NCBI RefSeq assembly: GCF_006345805.1
Contig: NC_043014.1
Coordinates: 15,004,001 to 15,068,000 of the forward strand
DNA from: Octopus sinensis
Taxonomy: Eukaryota
Direction of reading: 5' to 3'
Length of the DNA stretch: 64,000 nucleotides
In this document: positions 55,775-64,000 of the stretch, piece after piece
Layout of the letters: each line of letters opens with the position of its first letter
How positions within the stretch are numbered: position 1 is the stretch's first letter
Program-made: the position numbers and the translations under genes
The notes under the pieces: generated by a model
Databases searched by the model: none
The model's input: only the letters and a program-made list of their open reading frames with translations
What the model was told of the DNA's origin: nothing

Positions 55775-56115
55775 AGTGAAGGCGCATGGCTCAGTGGTTA
55801 GAGCGTCGAGCTTACGATCGTGAGGTTGTGAGCTCGAATCCCGGACCGGGCTGCGTGTTGTGTTCTTGAGCAAGGCACTTTATTTCACGTTGCTCCAGTT
55901 CACTCAGCTGTAGAAATGAGTTGCGACGTCACTGGTGCCAAGCTGTATCGACCTTTGTCTTTCCCTTGGATAACACTGGTGGTGTGGAGAGGGGAGGCTG
56001 GTATGCATGGGCGACTGCTGGTCTTCCATAAACAACCTTGCCCGGACTTGTGTCTAGGAGGGTAACTTTCTAGGTGCAATCCCATGGTCATTCATGACCG
56101 AGGGGGTCTTTACCC
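55775..56115 (+). mobile_element. Full-length tRNA-derived SINE (group 3) nested in a family-2 SINE, with a 12-bp TSD
   Basis: tagtgcgtaact at 55763-55774 and 56116-56127; an inverted-orientation copy lies at 17825-18150. Confidence 0.85.
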
Positions 56116-58641
56116 TAGTGCGTAACTGGTACTTAATTTATCGACCCCGAAAGGATGAAAGGCAAAGTCGACCTCGGCGGTATTTGAACTCAGAACGTGA
56201 CGAAATACTAAGCATTTCGCTCGGCGTGGGTAACGTTTCTGCCAGCTCGCCACCTTTGTGGTAAGCAAACTTCTTACCACACAGCTACTCCCGCGCTGTG
56301 TGTATGTGTGTGCGTGTAAGAGTCTTGATTTCTACATGTAAAAAAAAGGGAGAAAACAATAAAATGCAATACATGTAAATTAAGTGTCAACTTTATAAAT
56401 TGCTAACATATTGGCTTCCTACTCACGACATTCTGGGTTCGAACCACATCTACAACACGACTATAGGATAGCATTACTAGCGACAGAATCGCTAGAGCGT
56501 CGAACAAAATGCTTTATCCGGCCGAGGTTAACTTTTTGCCATTCATACTTCCAAGGAAGATAAAATTAAGTTTTAGTGAAGTATTGAGCTCGATGTAACC
56601 ATCCGCAAATTTAAGTAGGGATTCATAAGTTTGTTTCTTTTTAATCCCTCAATGAAATCGAGAACTCGTCCTCCTCCTCCTCGTTAAGTAGGCCTGGTGG
56701 TGTTGCAAGTTTTGTCGCCAACGGCCTAACCGTACAACAGGTTTGCTATGGGGTTTGTAACCATAAGATGTTTCCGAGTATGCTGTTATGGAGTGATGAC
56801 CATGCCTTGTACAGTTAAGGGCTGCAGTCTGGCAAGGCCACCTGTTGAGCCACTCCTGCCGGGGAAACGGCGTAGTCATAGGCTGCAGCATGGCGAATTG
56901 TGAAAAGGTAGCGAAAGATCTCAGCGGAGCCAACGGTGTTTCTTACATCGATGCCGAGTGGAGGAAACGTAGAAGATCAACGGTCAAGATCATCAAACTC
57001 TAACAATAAGGCGGCGAGCTGGCAGAAACGTTAGCGCGCTGGGCATAATGCTTAGCGGTATTTCATCTGCCGCTACGTTCTGAGTTCAAATTCCGCCGAG
57101 GTCGACTTTGCCTTTCATCCTTTCGGGGTCGATAAATTAAGTACCAGTTACGCACTGGGGTCGATATAATCGACTTAATCCGTTTGTCTGTTCTTGTTTG
57201 TCCTCTCTGTGTTTAGCCCCTTGTGGGTAGTAAAGAAATAGGTATTTCGTCTGCAGCTATGTTCTGAGTTCAAATTCCGCCGAGGTCGACTTTGCCTTTC
57301 ATCCTTTCGAGGTCGATAAATTAAGTACCAGTTACGCACTGGGGTTGGTGTAATCGACTTAATCACTTTGTCTGTCTTTGTTTGTCCCCTCTATGTTTAG
57401 CTCCTTGTGGGCAATAAAGAAATACATCAAACTCTAACAAGAGAGTAACTGCAACGCATCCATAGGAGTGGCGTCCATGGTTGTGTAATCAGCCAATGAA
57501 AGACTCGCTATGACTCCCGTTCCATATTCAAATTCACAATAATGGAAGTGGAAGCTAAGTCGATTAGAACTTATTTTATCGACCCCAAAAGGAATGAAAG
57601 GCAAAGTTGACCTCGGCGGATTTTGAACTCAGAGCATAAAGAGCTGGAAGAAAAACCACTTAGCGTTTTATCCCGCATGCTAACGGTGCTGCCAGCTCAC
57701 CGACTTTAAATCCAACTCTGTTGGACCTTATTTTGTGGACCCCGAAAGGAATGAAAGGCAAGGTTGACCTCGGCGGATTTTGAACTCAGAACATAAAGAA
57801 CTGGAAGAAAAACCACTTTAGCGTTTCGTCCCGCATGCTAACGGTGCTGCCAGCTCACCGACTTTAATATCATTATCTAATAATATTATCAGATACAATT
57901 TTATCAATACATCAAACATAATATTGATTTTTAATGGTTTTAATTTTTTATTGAGATTTTATATGAATTTAATATAGCCTTTTTATCTTTTATCCTTTAA
58001 TTGCTTCTGTATCTGGATTGTGGCCATGCTGGAGCACCGCCTTCAAGAATTTTAGCTTCGACACCAATACCTATTTTTTAAAGTCTGTTATTTACTTTAA
58101 CGATCCTTTAAGTGACCAAGGTGTAAACAAACCAACACCAGTTGTCGGGCATTGGGGACAGAAACACAAACATAAAGATACATGCACAAAAACACACATG
58201 CATGTATGTGTGTTTGTATGTATGTATGTATGTATGTATGTATGTGTGTATGTATGTATGTATGTATGTGTGTATGTATGTATTATGTATGTATGTATGT
58301 ATGTATGTATGTATTATGTATGTATGTATGCATGTAAGTATGTGTGTGTGTATGTATGTATGTATGTATGTGTGTATGTATGTATGTATGTATATGTATT
58401 ATGTATGTATGTATGTATGTATGTATGTATGTATGTATGTATGTATGTATGTATGTATGTGTATGTATGTATTATGTATGTATGTATGTGTGTGTGTATG
58501 TATGTATGTATGTATGTATGTATGTATGTATGTATGTATTATGTATGTATGCATGTGTGTGTATGTGTGTATGTATGTATGTATGTATGTATGTATGTAT
58601 TGTGTGTGTATGTATGTATGTTTGTATTATGTATGTATGTA

Positions 58642-58672
<31 letters not shown>

Positions 58673-59679
58673 ATGTATGTATGTATGTATGTATGTATGT
58701 ATGTATGTATGTATTATGTATGTATGCATGTATGTATGCATATATCAATATGTATCAACAGGCTTCTTTCAGTTTTCTGTCTACCAAATCCACTTTCAAA
58801 TCTTTGGTCTGCCCGAGGCTATAGTAGAAGACACTTGCCCAAGGTGCCACGCAATGGGACTGAACCCAAGATCACATGGTTGGGAAGCAAACTTCTAACC
58901 ACACAGCCACGCCTGCGCTTATTACGTTAATATTCTTAATTATTAATTCGATTTTCGTTTGTTTTGCATTTTTTCTCCCCTTTTTTTTGTTTCCAAAAAG
59001 ATGTACTTGAAAGATTATTGAATTAAATTTCTTGATTCTTAATTTGAGAAAATTATTAGGTGTTTATGATCAGAGATAAAAAAGAAAGTGTGAAACGATC
59101 GGTTTATCAAAGAATTACGCCCCTTTGACATTAACGCCTCAGCTGTTTAAGGCAAGATTAAAAGTAAAGAACCAAATGCCGTTGAGGTGGAGGTCATCAA
59201 TTTACAAAAAAAAGTTACTGATGAGAATGAAAGCATTGGAGCATGAAGACTAACGAGACACTTTAGAGAAATAGAAAAATGAATGAAGAAGACTCGTGGG
59301 AGACGGAAGAGTGGGATAGATAGACAAAATGATTCCTTCTGCGACAAAATAAAGAAGCTTGAAAAGAAATAAAACCGATAGAAAGCATGCAAGAAAGGGA
59401 GAGCATAAATTAAATGGGAGGTGGTAGGTGGTGGTGGTGGTGGTGGTAGGTGGTGGTGGTGGTGGTGGTGGTGGTGGTTTTGGTTGTCGTCGTCGTCGTT
59501 GTCGTCGTGGGTAGAATTAAAAATGGAAGAAAAGAAAGCAAATGAAAGAAGCAATGAAAAAGCAAAAATGGAAACGAAGGAAAAATTAAAGAAAAAGAAA
59601 GAGACAAAGGCTGAAATAAAAGTAAGACAAAATAGAAAGAACTTAGTAGAGAGAGAGAGAAAGGGAGAGAGAGGGAGGA

Positions 59680-59756
<77 letters not shown>

Positions 59757-60147
59757 GAGGGAGGGAGACAGACAGACAGATAGACAGACAGACAAACAGA
59801 TAGACAGACAGGCAGACAGACAGACAGACGGACGGACGGACAGATAGACGGACGGACGGATAGACAGACGGACAGATGGACAGACAAACAGACAGAGAGA
59901 GAGAGAGAGAGAGAGAGATGGGAGATTGGCTAACCGGAGAGAGGGGTTGGTGAAGGAGGATGTGGTTCCTGGATTTGGGAATGGTTTCAGGATGGTCGTA
60001 TGACGAACAGAGACGCAAGATGAAAAACAAAGAAAAAAGAAACGATAAAACTGATTGTAAGCAAACAGAAAGAGAAAGAGAAGAGATATTAGTTGGTAGT
60101 TGAGTGATAATCTGATTCATCTTGTGCTTCAAGACTGACCGAATTAC

Positions 60148-60154
60148 CACTACA

Positions 60155-60194
<40 letters not shown>

Positions 60195-60222
60195 TTACTA
60201 CTACTACTACTACTACTACTAC

Positions 60223-60291
<69 letters not shown>

Positions 60292-60935
60292 CGACGATGA
60301 TTATGACGACGACGATGATAACGACGACGACGACGTTGGTGGTGGTGGTGGTGGTGGTGGTGGCGGCGGCGGCCGTGGCGGCGGCGTGGCGGCGGCGTCG
60401 TGGCGGCGGCGGCGGCGGCGTGGCGGCGGCGGCGGCGGCGCGTGGCGGCGGCGGCGTGGCGGCGGCGTGGCGGCGCGGCGGCGGCGGCGTGGCGGCGGCC
60501 GTGGCGGCGGCGTGGCGGCGGCGTGGCGGCGGCGGCGGCGGCGGCGGCGGCGTGGCGGCGCGGCGGCGTGGCGGCGGCGGCGGCGCGTGGCGGCGGCGGC
60601 GCGGCGTGGCGGCGCGCGTGGCGGCGGCGTGGCGGCGGCGGCGGTGGCGGCGGCGTGCGGCGGCGGCGTGGCGGCGGCGGCGGCGGCGCGTGGCGGCGGC
60701 GTGGCGGCGGCGTGCGGCGGCGGCGCGTGGCGGCGCGGCGGCGTGGCGGCGGCGGCGGCGTGGCGCGGCGGCGGAGGCGTGGCGGCGGAGGCGTGGCGGC
60801 GGCGGCGTGGCGGCGGCGGCGGTGGCGGCGGTGGCGGCGCGGTGGCAGCGGCGGTGGCAGCGGCGGTGGCAGCGGCGGTGGCAGCGGCGGTGGCAGCGGT
60901 GGTGTCGATGGCGGTGGTGTCGACGGCGGTGATGC
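60148..60935. repeat. Compound trinucleotide array: (ACT)n-(AAT)n-(GAT)n-(GAC)n-(GGT)n-(GGC/GGCGT)n-(GGTGGCAGCGGC)n
   Basis: Direct reading; about 570 bp of very GC-rich GGC-based sequence at 60360-60930. Confidence 0.9.
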
Positions 60936-61319
60936 TGGTGTTGGGAACCGGAAGCCGCTCTCAGATCATCTTGTGCTGTGTCATGATGATTGGTGAAAAC
61001 ATGACGCAGAAGATAACATCCGGGTTAAGTACAACAGCTGACGCCACCTGTCAGTGCGTTACCGTTTGTGCTTGAAATTTCCTCTTGTGCTATCGAAAAT
61101 AGACTTTTCTCTGATGTATGCACTGTCCATGACCAATCATCGTAGAATAGAAAGTGAGCTTGCGATCAATTGAGCTCCCGGGAATCTGGTTTCGATTCCC
61201 AGTAGTAGACAATTTTCATTCTACTTTTCTTCTTTCGTCGCTAACTTAATGTCGGTGTGGAAAGGACATAGATATCCTATAGGAGCAGGCGTTGATGTGC
61301 GGTAAGAAGTTTGCTCCCC

Positions 61320-62297
61320 GGCGAGCTGGCGGCGAGCTGGCAGAAACGTTAGCACGCCGGGCGAAATGCTTAGCGATATTTCGTCTGCCGCTACGTTCTG
61401 AGTTCAAATTCTGCTGAGGTCGACTTTGCTTTTCATCCTTTCGGGGTCGATAAATTACGTACCAGTTACGTACCGGGGTCGATATAATCGACTTAATCCC
61501 TTTGTCTGTCCTTGTTTGTCCTCTCTGTGTATAGCCCCTTGTGGGTAGTAAAGAAATAGGTATTTCATCTGCCGTTACGTTCTGAGTTCAAATTCCGCCG
61601 AGGTCGACTTTGCCTTTCATCCTTTCGGGGTCGATAAATTACGTACCAGTTACGTACCGGGGTCGATATAATCGACTTAATCCCTTTGTCTGTCCTTGTT
61701 TGTCCTCTCTGTGTATAGCCCCTTGTGGGTAGTAAAGAAATAGGTATTTCATCTGCCGTTACGTTCTGAGTTCAAATTCCGCCGAGGTCGACTTTGCCTT
61801 TCATCCTTTCGGAGTCGATAAATTACGTACCAGTTACGTACCGGGGTCGATATAATCGACTTAATCCCTTTGTCTGTCCTTGTTTGTCCTCTCTGTGTAT
61901 AGCCCCTTGTGGGTAGTAAAGAAATAGGTATTTCATCTGCCGTTACGTTCTGAGTTCAAATTCCGCCGAGGTCGACTTTGCCTTTCATCCTTTCGGGGTC
62001 AATTAAACAAGTACCAGTTACGCACTGGGGTCGATATAATCGACTTAATCCCTTTGTCTGTCTTTGTTTGTCCTCTCTGTGTTTAGCCCCTTGTGGGTAG
62101 TAAAGAAATGGGTATTTTGTCTGCCGTTACGTTCTGAGTTCAAATTCCGCCGAGGTCGACTTTGCCTTTCATCCTTTCGGGGTCGATAAAATAAGTACCA
62201 GTTACACACTGGGGTCGATATAATCGACTTAATCTGTTTGCCTGTCCTTGTTTGTCCCCTCTATGTTTAGTCCCTTGTGGGCAATAGAGAAATAAGG
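61320..62297 (+). mobile_element. Family-2 SINE head followed by five tandem 184-bp units, inserted in a family-1 SINE
   Basis: Unit starts at 61377, 61561, 61745, 61929 and 62113; TSD agtttgctcccc at 61308-61319 and 62298-62309. Confidence 0.9.
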
Positions 62298-62679
62298 AGT
62301 TTGCTCCCCAACGACATGGCTCCAGAATCAATCACACTGCGTGGAACGTTGGGCAGGTGTCTTTTGCTATAGTTTCGGGCCGACCAAAACCTTGCAAACT
62401 GAAAGAAGCCCTCGCGCGAGCGCGTGCGTGTGTGTGGGTTCGGCAAAAGAGACTGATACAGTAAGTCCCAAGCTTTAAAAGAAAAGCACTAGGGTCTATT
62501 CATTCGACTAAAATCCTTCAAAGCGGTGCCCCAGCATGGCCGCAGTCTAATGACTGAAACAAGTAAAAGATGAACGATCACGGTCAAGATAGTCCATTTG
62601 AAGCTTACATCTTCTCTCATGCTGCCGCATTACAGCTATCTCGCTACTTCTCTTCTTATGAACCCTGAAATCTAAACAT

Positions 62680-63930
62680 TGATAGGATCCTATGGTTTGG
62701 GCAAACATTAAAGATATTAAGCTTGGAATGCTTCTATAGAGCTTTGGTCCATCAGCTGCAAGAAAGAAGTGAATGTTGAATGGCGTATTGATTATTCTTA
62801 TGTTTGAGTAAATGTAATCTAGACGGTGAAAATGTTCAAATGTATTGCCTAGTGTTAGTGAAATCTTGAACGAGACTTCTTTTTCAATGCACTATCCTTG
62901 CACGTTTGAAATATAACAGTTTGAAAACTAGTTTTCAAACAGTGTTTGAATCATCCATGTTTTCTTGTTTGAAAAGTAGTAGAATGGTTGTGTGTTCTTA
63001 ACGTTTTTAAAAGTACGCGGGATTTCCGAATAGAAAACCACGAAATGTTCTAAGTTTATATCAAGCTCCATTACTTCTCAATAGCAGAATTATTCGGTTC
63101 TTGAATTCAATATAAGGTAATATAAGTTTCGCCCCTCTTACTAATTCATTCCAAAGTTTTAATAAACTTCTCAGCTATTAAATACTTCAGCGCTTACTGC
63201 TTCTCTTCTCATTTAAACATTACGAAGTTTATTTCATTTTTTTAACTACTTGTGTATCCTAGTGGTTACTTATAGTAAAGAAGGTCATTTTTAATTTTTA
63301 GATCAACATTGGCTGGATTAAAAGATTGAATTTTAAATCAAAGAACAAGGGAAAGACGCATATTTATTTGTTATTTGCTTGCTCATCACAAATATCTTAA
63401 ATTTTATGACCTTTGTGGTGAGTATATATCATGATTAGTGCTATTTCGTCCTTATTTGAAATTGTCAGTATGACACACTATGAGACAAATAAATTAAACT
63501 AAATTTTAAATTTTTACGAAGTGACACATTTCTTATAGACTTGAAAATAATTCCGGTTAAAAAGACATTCAAGGAATGTGTGCTTTTCTTTTATTTTCTT
63601 TTTTCCTTTTCTTTACAGATCTTAATGCTGGCTTAAGTGTTCTCCTTGTATTGCTTTCCCAGTCGTTCTTTCAAAGTTTCGAAAATACTTCGAGATTTAG
63701 CTTGAATTTTTAGTAGTAGGCTTACAGTACACATCTTCGTAACAGGTCGTCGATCCAGAGCAGCAAGAATTTCTGAATTTCGTACATAGATGATTACAGT
63801 TTCTCTCTTATTTACTGCATGGCGGCTGGACCTTTTATTACGTTTGAAACCTTTGTTTTGTCCTTAATGGATGGCTACAAATTACATGTAATAGCATTTA
63901 CTTTTTCCTCTCCATGTTGGTTAATTATTT
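62680..63930 (-). mobile_element. Highly degenerate Tigger/pogo transposase
   Basis: VSLLLKIQAKSRSIFETLKERLGKQY (about 63640-63730), an EAVSAE-like segment (about 63190), and TTSFLQLMDQSSIEAFQA*Y (about 62715-62780; compare PPNTTSLIQPMDQG). Confidence 0.65.
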
Positions 63931-64000
63931 TAATTTTAATCTTTAAAATAAAATGTTTTTCTCAGTTTTTTGTCCAGTGTACTGGTAGATGGAAAAAATC

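Noticed and set aside
56640-57000. Unique segment with SLSRPGGVASFVANGL, reminiscent of a LINE APE motif
   Set aside because: Too short and degenerate to assign without a search.
58018-58930. 268-aa and 262-aa ORFs (MYVC repeats)
   Set aside because: An expanded TATG array inside a SINE.
60122-61075. 317-aa, 223-aa and 198-aa ORFs over the GGC tract
   Set aside because: Stop-free only because of the trinucleotide repeats; no domain or splice signals.
61377-62297. Regular array suggestive of CRISPR
   Set aside because: The 184-bp units are fully repeated SINE bodies with no unique spacers; the context is eukaryotic and there are no cas genes.
63595-63720. Strong plus-strand polypyrimidine/AG acceptor
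   Set aside because: The following frames are short, and the region is explained as an antisense Tigger remnant.

Overview
Eukaryotic, AT-rich, extremely repeat-dense genomic DNA. It is most likely octopus or another coleoid cephalopod, inferred from the tRNA-derived SINE families and the microsatellite load. There are no prokaryotic features. I found one host coding exon, on the minus strand (exon 20599-22559, CDS from the ATG at 22459). It encodes about 590 aa of poly-Q/poly-P low-complexity N-terminus followed by the start of an RGK-family (Rad/Rem/Gem/Kir-like) small-GTPase domain, whose P-loop reads GKA instead of GKS/T. The remaining G-domain exons were not found and probably lie left of position 1. 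The rest of the window is intronic or intergenic. It holds three groups of tRNA-derived SINEs (dozens of copies), RTE and R4/Dong-like LINE fragments, Penelope-like element (PLE) fragments, mariner/Tc1/Tigger/Helitron remnants, several MITEs, microsatellites and a 100-N gap. The most notable non-coding signal is three distinct families of minimal type-I hammerhead-ribozyme motifs (8 copies) in PLE terminal repeats, two of them with recurrent non-canonical cores (CCGAUGA, CUGUUGA). All assignments come from manual reading and motif recall; no database searches were run, and most repeat boundaries are approximate (about +/-20 bp).
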